Assembly: GCA_040904565.1 (NCBI GenBank)
Contig: JBBDTI010000075.1
Coordinates: 138,508 to 202,507, forward strand
Length of the DNA: 64,000 nt
DNA from: Rhodothermales bacterium
GTDB lineage: Bacteria > Bacteroidota > Rhodothermia > Rhodothermales > VXPQ01
Direction: 5' to 3'
Shown piece after piece: positions 13,552 to 23,678 of the stretch. Positions within the stretch are counted from its first letter, which is position 1. Every line of letters starts with the position of its first letter. The position numbers and the translations under genes are program-made. The notes under the pieces were generated by a model that made no database searches, had not been told where the DNA came from, and saw only the letters and a list, made by a program, of their open reading frames with translations.

Positions 13552-13579
13552 CTGTACTTACGGATTTTCAACGATATTC

Positions 13580-14524
13580 TTGGAGGCGACGATCGACCGG
13601 CTGCACCGCGCGCAAGAATCCGCCGTGAGCGGTTACCTCAGGATTCCTGAGGGCCTTCGCGATATGGCGCTGGCCGCGTTCTTCTTCAGTCTGATGAGCC
13701 TGCTCGTCAAACTCGTCGGTCAGCGTCTGCCGGCCTCGGAGGTCGTCATGGCACGCAGCGTCGTTTCCCTCGCTATCTCCTGGGTCATGCTGCGCCGGGT
13801 GGGCATCGTACCGTGGGGTCGCCGTAAGGGTCTCCTGACGGTTCGCGGCCTGGTAGGCTTCGTGGCCCTGCTCTGCTTTTTCTATGCCATCCCGCGCCTG
13901 CCCCTGGCGGACGTCACGACGATTCAGTTCACGAATCCTGCCTTTACCGCGTTGTTTGCCGCGGTGTTCATTCGCGAAAGGATGACGCGCACCGTCGTCT
14001 TTTCGATTGCCCTGAGTCTCGCCGGCGTTACGCTGATCGCCCAGCCCACGCTGCTGTTCGGATCGGGTGCCGATGCGCTAGACCTGACGGCCGTCGGCAT
14101 CGCCCTCCTGGGAGCGGTCTTCGCCGCGCTGGCCTACACGACGGTGCGCAAGCTTCGAGAAACCGAGCACGCGCTGGTCGTGGTCTTCTATTTTCCGCTC
14201 GTTTCCATCCCGGCCTGCCTTCCTATCATGGCGCCCGTCGCCGTATGGCCGACGGCGGCGGAGTGGCTCATGCTGATCGGCATCGGCGTGCTCACGCAGA
14301 TCGCGCAGATCTTTCTCACGAACGGGCTCCATAAGGAGAAGGCCGGCCGCGCAACGTCGGTCAGCTACCTGCAGATTCTCTTCGCGGCGCTCTGGGGATT
14401 CCTCTTTTTCGGGGAGATCCCGGACGGGTTGACGGTGCTCGGCGTCGTGCTCGTCATCTCCGGCGTCGTGTACGTGGCCCGCGCCTCAAACCAGGCCGCC
14501 AGGTCGGGCGCATCGATCTCGTAA
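13580..14524 (+). CDS. DMT/EamA-family transporter
   Basis: About 10 TM helices in two repeats; LPLADVTTIQFTNP, IRERM, SYLQILFAALWGFLFFGEIP. Start uncertain (TTG 13580 or a later codon). Confidence 0.9.
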   Translation: MEATIDRLHRAQESAVSGYLRIPEGLRDMALAAFFFSLMSLLVKLVGQRLPASEVVMARSVVSLAISWVMLRRVGIVPWGRRKGLLTVRGLVGFVALLCFFYAIPRLPLADVTTIQFTNPAFTALFAAVFIRERMTRTVVFSIALSLAGVTLIAQPTLLFGSGADALDLTAVGIALLGAVFAALAYTTVRKLRETEHALVVVFYFPLVSIPACLPIMAPVAVWPTAAEWLMLIGIGVLTQIAQIFLTNGLHKEKAGRATSVSYLQILFAALWGFLFFGEIPDGLTVLGVVLVISGVVYVARASNQAARSGASIS

Positions 14525-14586
14525 CCGGTCTAGCAGCCGGTCTCACAGTCGGTCTCGCAGCGTGCCGGATCTACGCGTGCCGGCAT

Positions 14587-15108
14587 CTACTCGATCAATC
14601 GCCCGAGCCGTTCGGCCAGCGCAGCGTGCCCCTGCATGCCGGCCACATCGGCGGCCGTATTCCCCTCCTCGTTCGTCGCAGCCGGATCGGCCCCTCGTTC
14701 GAGCAGCAGCTCGACGAGATCGGACTGGCGGAACATGGCTGCGAACATGAGGGCGGTGACGCCGCCACCGTTGCACGCCTCAATCTCGGCGTCGTAATCG
14801 AGCAAGACGCGCGCCACATCCACATATCCTTTGAAACCGATACCCATGAGAGGTGTGTTGCCGCCGGCATCGGGGCGGTCGGGATCCGCGCCGTAATCCA
14901 GCAGCAATCGTACGGTCGTAGCCTGACCGTTATACGCGGCAATCATCACCAGCGAATAACCGCGCTCGTCCGTCAGGTCCGGATCCAGTCCAGCCTTCAA
15001 GAACATCTCCAGTACCTCGGCATCACCGCGACGGGCAATCTCGTGATAGTCTACGCGCCGTGGGTCGATGGGCGTGCCGTCCGTGGTCGACTCCATGGGA
15101 TTCATCAC
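14587..15108 (-). CDS. Ankyrin-repeat protein (AnkB-like catalase partner)
   Basis: Repeats [44 protein letters not shown]; ATGA overlap with the catalase stop. Confidence 0.9.
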   Translation of the reverse strand: MMNPMESTTDGTPIDPRRVDYHEIARRGDAEVLEMFLKAGLDPDLTDERGYSLVMIAAYNGQATTVRLLLDYGADPDRPDAGGNTPLMGIGFKGYVDVARVLLDYDAEIEACNGGGVTALMFAAMFRQSDLVELLLERGADPAATNEEGNTAADVAGMQGHAALAERLGRLIE

Positions 15109-16646
15109 GTATGCACTGCATCATCCGCCACGTCCTCGCCGTGTTCCGCAAGCGCCGCGTCGCGCTCCTCGTCCCGTCCGAGCGCGTTACTGACCCTGCG
15201 ACCGAATGCTTCGTCAGCCCGGTAGAAATGAGGCAGCTGGCGTTCGACGATTTCCTCTCGGCATCCGCCCAGCGCCGACGCGATGGATGCAGCCAGTCGC
15301 TCCTTCTCCCCCTCGTCCATCAGCCGATACAGATTGCCGGCCTGCGTGTAATCGTCGTGGCCTTCTCTGGAGTTGTACCGGTCGACGGTCACGTCGCCCA
15401 GGTGCCAGGCCGGCTCGGCGAAGCTCGCGTCCGGGCGTGGAGCACCTTCGACGCTGTTGGGATAATAATTGGGATGACCGGATCCGTCTTCCTGAACGTA
15501 CATGACTCCGTCGCGCTGGTAGTGGGCCACCGATGCCTTCGGCTTGTTGACCGGAAGCTGGCGATAGTTCGTCCCGATGCGATACAGGTGCGTATCCTGA
15601 TAGCTCATCAGACGCGCCTGCAACATCTTATCCGGACTCGGCCCGACGCCGGGTACGAACGAACTCGGATTGAAGGCGGCCTGCTCGATGTCCTGGAAGT
15701 AGTTCTCGGGATTGCGATTCAACTCGAACCGGCCCACCTCGATGAGCGGAAAGTCACCGTGCGGCCAGACCTTCGTCAGATCGAACGGATTCCATGGAAA
15801 GCCGCGGGCCTCCTCGTCGGTCATTACCTGGATATGCATCGTCCAGCTCGGATAACGACCTTCCTCGATGGCGTAGTAAAGATCCCGCTGGTGACTCTCC
15901 CGATCCGACGCAATCACTGCCGCGGCCTCCTCATCCGTCAGACAGTCGATGCCCTGGTCCGTTTTCATGTGGAACTTACACCAGATGCGCTCGCCGTCTG
16001 CGTTGACGAGCGAATAGGCATGACTCCCGTACCCGTTCATGTTGCGGTACGTCTTCGGAATGCCCCGGTCGCCGAAGAGCCACGTTACCTGATGGAGGCT
16101 TTCCGGGCAGAGGGACCAGAAATCCCACTGCATGTTCGGATCGCGCAGGTTCGTCCGCGGATGCCGCTTCTGCGAGTGGATGAACATCTGGAATTTGTAG
16201 GGATCACGGACGAAGAACACGGGCGTGTTGTTGCCCACGAGATCCCAGTTACCCTCCTCCGTGTAGAATTTCAGCGCGAAGCCGCGCGGATCACGCTCTG
16301 CGTCGGCCGCACCACGCTCTCCAGCTACGGTCGAGAACCGGGCCACCATCGGCGTTTCCTTGCCAATCTTCGAAAAGAGGTCGGCCCGCGTGTATCGCGT
16401 GATGTCGTTAGTAACGGTAAACGTCCCGAACGCCCCGCTTCCTTTCGCGTGGACGACACGCTCGGGAATCCGCTCGCGATTGAAATGCTGCATCTGCTCC
16501 TGCAGCTGGACGTCCTGCATCAGCAGCGGTCCTCTCGGACCGGCTGTCAGTGCGTTTTCATTCTCGGGCAGCGGTGCACCGTCCGCCGTGGTCAGGCGGC
16601 GCTTCTTCCCGTCGTTTTTCTGGTCGTTCCGGTCGTCTGAATGCAT
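15105..16646 (-). CDS. katA: Monofunctional small-subunit heme catalase
   Basis: Active site [41 protein letters not shown], heme ligand RLMSYQDTH. Confidence 0.97.
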   Translation of the reverse strand: MHSDDRNDQKNDGKKRRLTTADGAPLPENENALTAGPRGPLLMQDVQLQEQMQHFNRERIPERVVHAKGSGAFGTFTVTNDITRYTRADLFSKIGKETPMVARFSTVAGERGAADAERDPRGFALKFYTEEGNWDLVGNNTPVFFVRDPYKFQMFIHSQKRHPRTNLRDPNMQWDFWSLCPESLHQVTWLFGDRGIPKTYRNMNGYGSHAYSLVNADGERIWCKFHMKTDQGIDCLTDEEAAAVIASDRESHQRDLYYAIEEGRYPSWTMHIQVMTDEEARGFPWNPFDLTKVWPHGDFPLIEVGRFELNRNPENYFQDIEQAAFNPSSFVPGVGPSPDKMLQARLMSYQDTHLYRIGTNYRQLPVNKPKASVAHYQRDGVMYVQEDGSGHPNYYPNSVEGAPRPDASFAEPAWHLGDVTVDRYNSREGHDDYTQAGNLYRLMDEGEKERLAASIASALGGCREEIVERQLPHFYRADEAFGRRVSNALGRDEERDAALAEHGEDVADDAVHT

Positions 16647-16748
16647 CAGCGTTAACTACCTCATCGGAGAAATCCGTTGCGTGAACCATGCGGAAGATGC
16701 GGCGGGAGCCGCCCCAACAGTTGAAAACAAGATACATTACTTTGTATG

Positions 16749-16793
16749 ATAGGTAAAATCGATTATATCAATACTAGCATAGTTGATCTCTAT
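16749..16793. promoter_or_regulatory. Putative OxyR operator
   Basis: AT-rich divergent spacer with ATAG-N7-CGAT (16749-16763) and a perfect ATAG-N7-CTAT (16779-16793), matching the OxyR tetranucleotide consensus. Confidence 0.7.
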
Positions 16794-16870
16794 CAGCTCA
16801 CAGGTACCAACACGTAGGGCATGAGCCGAGACTGGATGTATACCGCCGCCGCCAACGTATTCGTTCTACG

Positions 16871-17788
16871 ATGACGCTTACGCAACTCACCTACATCGCC
16901 GCCCTCGACACGGAGCGGCACTTCGGTCGAGCGGCTCAACGCTGCCACATATCGCAACCGACGTTGAGCACGCAGATCAGGAAGCTGGAAGAGGAGCTGG
17001 GCGTAAACATTTTCGACCGGACGTACACGCCCGTGCGTCCGACGCCCATAGGTCGTCAGATCCTCGTCCGTGCACGGACCGTGCTCGAAGCCCGTGATGC
17101 GATTCCAGCGTTTCTCTCCGAGGCATCCGGCCGCGTGGAGGGTGAGCTCCGTCTGGGGGTCATCCCCACCCTGGCCGCCTACCTTCTGCCCCTCGTCACG
17201 CGTCCGCTGCTGGACGCACATCCCGGGATCGAGCTCAGCGTTCACGAGCTGACCACCGAGCACATCCTCGACTTTCTGGCGTCCGATCGGCTGGATGCCG
17301 GACTCGTTGCTACCGATGAGTCGTCATCCGGCATGCGCACGACAGGCGTCTTTCGCGAACCGTTCGTAGCGTACGTTGGACCGGACCATCGCTTCGTCGC
17401 CGGCTCGGAGATCAATCCCACGGAGCTGTCGATCGACGAAATATGGCTCCTCAGCGAAGGCCACTGTTTTCGAGATCAGGTGTTTCAGGTCTGCGAACAG
17501 GACGTTCGTGCAAGCGCAAACCGCACCATACGCTTCGAAAGCGGGAGCCTGGAAACGCTGTGCCATCTCGTCGACCGCGTCGGGGGGATGACGCTGCTCC
17601 CGTATCTTGCGACGCTGTATATGGACGATGCCGCGGCCCAACGGATCAGGACGTTCGAATCTCCGGCCCCGTTTCGCGACGTGCGTATGATCTCGAGGCA
17701 AGGCGCCCTGCGGCGCGCGCTCGTCGATGCCGCCACCGACGTGATTGCCGGTGTAACGCATCCGCTGATCATGTACGACCAGCCTTGA
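16871..17788 (+). CDS. oxyR: Hydrogen peroxide-inducible LysR regulator
   Basis: LysR HTH (RHFGRAAQRCHISQPTLS); redox pair EGHCFRDQVFQVC; divergent from catalase. Confidence 0.95.
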   Translation: MTLTQLTYIAALDTERHFGRAAQRCHISQPTLSTQIRKLEEELGVNIFDRTYTPVRPTPIGRQILVRARTVLEARDAIPAFLSEASGRVEGELRLGVIPTLAAYLLPLVTRPLLDAHPGIELSVHELTTEHILDFLASDRLDAGLVATDESSSGMRTTGVFREPFVAYVGPDHRFVAGSEINPTELSIDEIWLLSEGHCFRDQVFQVCEQDVRASANRTIRFESGSLETLCHLVDRVGGMTLLPYLATLYMDDAAAQRIRTFESPAPFRDVRMISRQGALRRALVDAATDVIAGVTHPLIMYDQP

Positions 17789-17899
17789 TCGAACCCATCC
17801 GGCGGATCCCGCTCCTCGCAGCAATTGGCCTCGCGATCCTGGCGTGAGCACACTCTCGAGACGTCGCTATCCCGGCTTGAGTGCCTTCGGAAAATGCCG

Positions 17900-18988
17900 C
17901 TAGGAAGCTGCCTCGTCGTCGATCTGAACGCCGCGCACCGCTCGTAGGACGAGTACGAATAGCGTGAGCGCCGTAATCGGAATGACGAAATAAAGCATGG
18001 TCGAACCAAACATTTGAAGTGCGTCGTGCGAGGTCGCGGCAAAGATCAGGTACAGCGTATACGCGACGTAATACGCGAGAAGGACGGCTCCCTCCCACCG
18101 CGAAATCCGGCCGCCGGTAAAGAACACCGGTAGGCACGCGAATGCGACGGCGATCATCACGGGCAGGTCGAACGTGATTACGGCCGGCGCGACATCTATA
18201 CCCCCCGGGGCCAGTGCCGCAGCCACACCCAGCACGCCCATCAAATTGAACAGATTACTGCCGACGACGTTGCCGACTGCGATGTCTCGCTCGCCACGCA
18301 GACTTGCAATAACGGAGGTCACGACCTCGGGCAGGGAGGTGCCCGCGGCGATGATGGTCAGCCCGATGACGAGGTCACTGACGCCGAGCAACGTCGCTAT
18401 CGTGACGGCCCCGTCCACCAGCCAGCGGGAACCGACGACCAGCATGACCAGCCCCAGGACGACGAGCAGTACGTTCCACCACCACGTGGCCTCCCGGCCG
18501 GCGGAAGCCGGCAGCAGCACGGCCGGGGTCTCGGCGGACGTGTGAGCGCGCCGACCGGTCCACAGGAGAAAACCGATGTAGGCCACGAGCATCCCGAACA
18601 GCATCAGTCCATCCACGCGGCCGTACGAGCCATCCAGTCCAAGAACGAACACGAGTCCGGATAGCACGATGAGCAACGGCACGTCGAGCCGGATGAGCTG
18701 GCGGGAGACCGTAAGCGGGACGATCAGCGCCGTAACGCCGAGGATGAAGAGGACGTTGAAGATATTGCTCCCGACAACATTCCCGAGGGCGATACTACCC
18801 TGTCCGGCATAGACGGCCTCGATGCTCACGGCGAATTCAGGCGAGCTCGTACCGAACGCCACCACCGTCAAGCCGACCACGAGTGGGGAGATACCGAACG
18901 ACATGGCCAGCCGCGACGCGCCCCGGACGAGCATCTCGGCGCCGACAATGAGCAGGACGATACCTGCCAGCAGCAACACGTAGACCAT
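17900..18988 (-). CDS. Ca2+/Na+ antiporter (YrbG/CaCA family)
   Basis: Two alpha repeats GLTVVAFGTSSPE...GNVVGSNIFN and GLTIIAAGTSLPE...GNVVGSNLFN. Confidence 0.93.
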   Translation of the reverse strand: MVYVLLLAGIVLLIVGAEMLVRGASRLAMSFGISPLVVGLTVVAFGTSSPEFAVSIEAVYAGQGSIALGNVVGSNIFNVLFILGVTALIVPLTVSRQLIRLDVPLLIVLSGLVFVLGLDGSYGRVDGLMLFGMLVAYIGFLLWTGRRAHTSAETPAVLLPASAGREATWWWNVLLVVLGLVMLVVGSRWLVDGAVTIATLLGVSDLVIGLTIIAAGTSLPEVVTSVIASLRGERDIAVGNVVGSNLFNLMGVLGVAAALAPGGIDVAPAVITFDLPVMIAVAFACLPVFFTGGRISRWEGAVLLAYYVAYTLYLIFAATSHDALQMFGSTMLYFVIPITALTLFVLVLRAVRGVQIDDEAAS

Positions 18989-19102
18989 ATAAGCAGCGAA
19001 TCGCTGAGATCGGAACACAAACAAGCCCTGGCGTCACGAAGCGGCCGCCCGTGCTTCCGTTCCAGGAGCAAAGTACTCACGAATCGTCCAACCGACAAGC
19101 GG

Positions 19103-20179
19103 TTACGGCTTCGGCGGCATGCACCGTGCAAATGTCGCGTTCCCCGTAAGTTCGACGTGCTCCAGGGACGCCGGCAGAAAGAAGCGGGACCAACGGGAGA
19201 CCGGGACGTCGACTCCGCCGGCGCGGAGCGAACCGCTGCCCTCGATGGCGATAAGGATGGAGAACCGCCCATCGCGCGGCAACGTGAATCGGCCGTCCAC
19301 GTCGACGCGTCGAAGCTCCAGGCGATCTGTTTGGGGCCTTGCAAGGAGATTGACTTCCCTCCCGCCAGGCGTGCGCGCCACCGTCACCGGCCGGGGTCCA
19401 AATCGCTCCTTGACGGAGTCGGACGGATAGGTGCTATAATCGAACATGTCCAGTACCTGCTCCATCCCGAGTCCCATCGTCCGAGCCGACTCCGGAAGCT
19501 CCGTCTCGCCGTGCGCGTATTCGCACCGCACGACGTAGTCCGTCGGCTCCTGCACTTCGATCATGGCGATCCCTTCTCCGATCGCGTGCGGCACACCTCC
19601 TTCAACGAGCAGCACGTCGCCCTCCCGCACGGTGATCGGCTCGAAGCACGACCGGATGGCGTCGACGTCCTGCGATTCCACCATCTGCAGCCATTCCGCC
19701 GGCGTGGGAGGTTCCTGGAACCCAAGAAATACGGAGGCCTGCTCGGATCGGGTATGCAGAATCCACCACGCTTCGGTTTTCCCGCTGTCAGCGTCCAGGT
19801 GGGACTTCGCCCACGATGCGGAAGGATGCGCCTGGATGTGCAGCCGCATCGCGGCGTCGAGCAGTTTCACGAGCAGATAGGGCCGTGCGCCGTACGCGGC
19901 GACGTGATCGGCGCCGAGCGCCCGCCGCGGATCCCGCGTATAGAGCTCGTCCATTCGATACACCTTCCCGTCGGCGCCGCATGCCGATCCGATGCCTTCC
20001 TCCTCCAGATGCTCTCGGCCGGGATTCACGGCGCGCGTGGCGGACCCCACCCAGTCTTCCGGAAAAGGGCCGTCAGCCGCTCGGTCCCGACCACTCCACC
20101 TGTCCAGCACGGCGCCACCGCGGTAGGTCCGCCACACGCGATTCGGTCGGATGATGAACGGCTGGTCGTAATCGATCAT
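19103..20179 (-). CDS. Class I mannose-6-phosphate isomerase-like cupin
   Basis: LLVKLLDAAMRLHIQAHP, GKTEAW, VPHAIG, EVQEPTD Zn-ligand pattern. Confidence 0.85.
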   Translation of the reverse strand: MIDYDQPFIIRPNRVWRTYRGGAVLDRWSGRDRAADGPFPEDWVGSATRAVNPGREHLEEEGIGSACGADGKVYRMDELYTRDPRRALGADHVAAYGARPYLLVKLLDAAMRLHIQAHPSASWAKSHLDADSGKTEAWWILHTRSEQASVFLGFQEPPTPAEWLQMVESQDVDAIRSCFEPITVREGDVLLVEGGVPHAIGEGIAMIEVQEPTDYVVRCEYAHGETELPESARTMGLGMEQVLDMFDYSTYPSDSVKERFGPRPVTVARTPGGREVNLLARPQTDRLELRRVDVDGRFTLPRDGRFSILIAIEGSGSLRAGGVDVPVSRWSRFFLPASLEHVELTGNATFARCMPPKP

Positions 20180-20295
20180 GCGGAATAAGGAGGTTTGTAC
20201 GACGAAGAACGAGCAGGCACGCGCTCCATCGCCATGCACCGAAGTGATGGAGCACGAACATCGTCAAACTGGAAATACTTAAAAGGGTCGTCGAG

Positions 20296-21357
20296 CTATT
20301 GAATGGAATCCATCCGTTCGTTCAGCCGCGCGAGCCGAACGAAAAGTTCCTCCAGTTCCGCGTAATACGCGTCTTCCGTCATCTCCGCCTTACGATTCTT
20401 CGTTTCTGCGATGATGCGCTCCAACGTCTCTTTCTCCTGCAGGAGCGGGCGCGCGGCTGCGCTGACGGAGGCCAGGTCAGGCCGCGGCCTGATGTACGTT
20501 ATCGAGGCCAGGTTACCGTCTTCGCCGTCGAGCGCGTCGACGCGGGACCCGGAGCCGTCCGCGTTGTCCTCCAGTTGAGGGTGTTCCGTGGCCAGCTGAC
20601 CTGACTCCTCATAGTACCGACCCGTACGCTGCGCGGCGTACGTAAATGCTTCCAGCACGGACAGACCACCGTTCTTATCCAGGTCTGCGTCTGGATTCCG
20701 AAGCGCATCCGCGAAGAACCGCGGGAAGATGGTTTCGTCGCGTTCCGTACCCGATGCGGTAGCCGTGATGACGATGCGCTCCGGAGCGCTCAACGCGGCA
20801 GCAAACGGACCGCTCGCACTCGTCGTGTTGACGAATACGACGCGGCCGGCCGGCACGCCGTCGAGCAGAGCCGCATAGTCGAAGTCGTCCAGATCGCGCC
20901 GCGGTATATTCAGTCGTGCGTTGGAGCCGTCGAACGATCCGTGACCGTAGAGAATAACGTAAAGATGATCGTCGGCGGTCAACCGATCGGCCAGCTCGGT
21001 GAAGTGAGCCCTGATGGCCTCGGCCGTAGAAACTCCGTCTACGAACGGCTCGTCGGCGATCGCCTGCTCCGCGAGCACCAGCACGTTAGTCTCTACAAAT
21101 CCAGCCCGATCGACGAGGGCGGCCCGCGTATCCCTCAGATATCCGCTGAAGGTCTCGGTATATGCCGGATTACCGCCCAGGCCACCGATCAGGACGGCAT
21201 GTCGATCGCCCGCTATTCCACCCCCGCTCGCTTGCGCGCGGGCGTCCGGAGCTCGCCCGGCAACGAGCAGGAGGAGCAGCAGGGCGCATCCACTACGAAC
21301 GGTCCTGCCGATTCGTCTCCGGTTGCCTTTTCTACGATCTCGGGCTTCGCGTTCCAT
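20296..21357 (-). CDS. Exported caspase/legumain (clan CD)-fold protein with a non-canonical catalytic site
   Basis: Signal peptide (ARA-Q); strand + YGHGS; strand + NTTSASG; RIVITAT; EF-hand-like DLDKNGGLSVLE; TGATG overlap with the upstream gene. Confidence 0.6.
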   Translation of the reverse strand: MEREARDRRKGNRRRIGRTVRSGCALLLLLLVAGRAPDARAQASGGGIAGDRHAVLIGGLGGNPAYTETFSGYLRDTRAALVDRAGFVETNVLVLAEQAIADEPFVDGVSTAEAIRAHFTELADRLTADDHLYVILYGHGSFDGSNARLNIPRRDLDDFDYAALLDGVPAGRVVFVNTTSASGPFAAALSAPERIVITATASGTERDETIFPRFFADALRNPDADLDKNGGLSVLEAFTYAAQRTGRYYEESGQLATEHPQLEDNADGSGSRVDALDGEDGNLASITYIRPRPDLASVSAAARPLLQEKETLERIIAETKNRKAEMTEDAYYAELEELFVRLARLNERMDSIQ

Positions 21358-23660
21358 CAAGGTAATCCTTTCCGTCTTCTCCAGATCCACTCTACGGAGA
21401 GCAGCACGAGGGCCAGGCCGAAGAGAAACGGCATGTCCCACAGATACTCCACCGTATAGACGGACGTACTGGTGCGCCGATTTCGAAGGTTCGAGGCCAG
21501 CATTCCCGTGTCTTCCGGTTCGTAGTAGACCCCGCCTGCGACGTCGGCCAGCTGTTCCAGCGACGACCGCTTGAGCACGGCATCGAAATATTCTTTGCCG
21601 GACGGTCGTACCAGCATGCTGGTACGTCGCGCCGGCAGCGAGTCCCCGCCCGCTACGGCCCAGCTGTCGAGCGTGTAGACGCCTTCGACAGATGGCAGCA
21701 GGGTAGCGGAATACGAGCCGGCCATCCCAAGATCGGGTCGAAACTCGACGTCGGCCTCCGCTCCGAGCGGATCCGTGAACGTACCGCCGACCGCGGCATC
21801 GGTCACCGGGAGGTACCGATCGTCAAACACCTGTACGGTGACGTCGATCTCCTCGCCGGGCGCGAACCGATCGTTCCCGAGATCGACGTCGACCCGATCG
21901 GGGGCCGAAGCCGCCAGCCAGCGGACAAACTGCCGCCAGAAGCGCTCGTGCCGCTGATCGTCCGCTTCGAGCAACATCTGCCAGCGCCAGGTACTCGCCG
22001 TGGCGAGGGCGGCGCTCCGCCCTTTCCCGTACCGCTGCACGACCAGGACGGGCTCGCTCGCACCAAATTCATCGTCGGGCTTTTCAGCGAGGACCGATGC
22101 ACCGGGCTTGACGGCTCCCAGGTAATTGATACTCGTGAGGCCCGGCATCTCGGTCCACTGGCGCCGATTCCGGACCGGATCTACGGAAAGGCGCAAGATC
22201 GGACTTTCGAGTCCGGCCGCCGTGGGAACGACTGCAAAACCCTGCTCCTCCGGCGGTGCCCCCTCCTCACCGAAGACAGGTGGAATGACGGTACTCCGGC
22301 TCGGATCGAGAGCGACGGGAAGCAGGTCCGCAATCGGATTGTCCCAGTACGCGCCTTCCGCGAACGACAGCCGTCCCCCCAGCATGCCGAAGCCCCCGCC
22401 GCGCAGCCGAACGAATCGCTCGATCATCGACAGCTGCTCGAGCGTGAAATGCGATGCCTCCACATCGCCGAAGAGCACGGCATGAAACCCGAAGAGTTCT
22501 TCCTCGCTCGTCGGGAATCCACCTGCCAGCTCATCCGGATGTCGAATGCCCTGCCGGTAGAACTTGCCCGACCCCGTACGCAGGATCGATGTAAACTGTA
22601 CGACGGTATCGTCGTCCAGCGCCCGCTTGACGAACTTGAATTCCCGCCTCGGATGTCCCTCAATGTAGAGCACGCGCAGGGTATCCTGACGCGGATCGAT
22701 GAGCACGGTCGTGGAATTGTTTTCGACGTTTCGCTCGTCGACGGCCGCTTCGAGCCGAATCGAATACTCACGCGCCCCCGTTCCCTCCGGCTCGTACGAA
22801 AACGTGTACTGATCGATACGTCCGTCTCCCTTCAGGGCATAGCGTTCCGTGTGGACGAGCTCGTCGCCCTCGTACAGGTCCACGGACACCGGCTCGGGCT
22901 CCTCTCGCCAGGACCGGATCTTCACATCGATCTCCGCGCCCGTCGTCTCTTCAACGCCTCGACTGACGAGCGCCTCCAGCAGTTCGCGTTCCCCGGCAGA
23001 CTCCCCACTCCCCAGGCCGATGACGTGCAGGGGCACGTCACGCTCGCGAAGCGCTTCAGCGCTGTTCAGCGGGACGTCGGTACTGTTATCGGCTCCATCC
23101 GTCAGAAGCACCACGCCGGCCAGCGGCAGGCCGCGAAAATCCGCCAGCACGCGATTCAAGGCGGTAGAAAGGTTCGTCCCATGCCGGTCCGCCGGTACGG
23201 AACCGATACTATCGACGCGGTGCGCGTCGTCCCCGAACGCGTACGCGCGCACCTTAAACACCTCCTCCAGATCGGGCAGGACGGCGCCGGTCCCGTCGTA
23301 GAGGATGGAGGCCGCCTCTTCACTTCGTGTGATCCCGTCGCGCCCGTCCGGGACGTTCATGCTCTGCGACGCATCGACGAGCACGGCGACGAAGTTTTCA
23401 TCCGGGACCACGTCCGGCATCACGAGGATGGGTTCCAGTAGCGGCAGACAGAGCAGCAGCAGCACGAGCGAGCGCAACGAGAAGGAGATCGCACGGTCTC
23501 GTCGCGACGCATACCTTTCGGTCGACCGGTAGATGAGCACGAGACCGACCGCGAGGACGACCACCGCAGCGGCGAATAACCATGCGGCCGTCCCACTCTG
23601 GAGGGCGAGCGTGCCCTCCGAGAAATTGATGCGGCTGAACTTAAACATTAATTCGAACAT
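21357..23660 (-). CDS. Membrane protein with vWA, Ig-like and class I glutamine amidotransferase-like domains
   Basis: Two N-terminal TM; MIDAS DASQS...T...LLTDG; LRVLYIEGHPRREFKF; ERFVRLRGGGFGMLGG; RYGKGRS...TWRW; C-terminal TM ending EWIWRRRKGLP. Confidence 0.8.
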   Translation of the reverse strand: MFELMFKFSRINFSEGTLALQSGTAAWLFAAAVVVLAVGLVLIYRSTERYASRRDRAISFSLRSLVLLLLCLPLLEPILVMPDVVPDENFVAVLVDASQSMNVPDGRDGITRSEEAASILYDGTGAVLPDLEEVFKVRAYAFGDDAHRVDSIGSVPADRHGTNLSTALNRVLADFRGLPLAGVVLLTDGADNSTDVPLNSAEALRERDVPLHVIGLGSGESAGERELLEALVSRGVEETTGAEIDVKIRSWREEPEPVSVDLYEGDELVHTERYALKGDGRIDQYTFSYEPEGTGAREYSIRLEAAVDERNVENNSTTVLIDPRQDTLRVLYIEGHPRREFKFVKRALDDDTVVQFTSILRTGSGKFYRQGIRHPDELAGGFPTSEEELFGFHAVLFGDVEASHFTLEQLSMIERFVRLRGGGFGMLGGRLSFAEGAYWDNPIADLLPVALDPSRSTVIPPVFGEEGAPPEEQGFAVVPTAAGLESPILRLSVDPVRNRRQWTEMPGLTSINYLGAVKPGASVLAEKPDDEFGASEPVLVVQRYGKGRSAALATASTWRWQMLLEADDQRHERFWRQFVRWLAASAPDRVDVDLGNDRFAPGEEIDVTVQVFDDRYLPVTDAAVGGTFTDPLGAEADVEFRPDLGMAGSYSATLLPSVEGVYTLDSWAVAGGDSLPARRTSMLVRPSGKEYFDAVLKRSSLEQLADVAGGVYYEPEDTGMLASNLRNRRTSTSVYTVEYLWDMPFLFGLALVLLSVEWIWRRRKGLP

Positions 23661-23678
23661 CAGGTCACGTCGCCGTCG

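Noticed and set aside
15060-16640. Long antisense ORFs (526 aa here; also 21948-23441, 32405-33853, 38005-39750, 51953-53197, 61264-62574)
   Set aside because: They mirror well-supported genes on the opposite strand and have no motifs; these are typical shadow ORFs of GC-rich codon usage.
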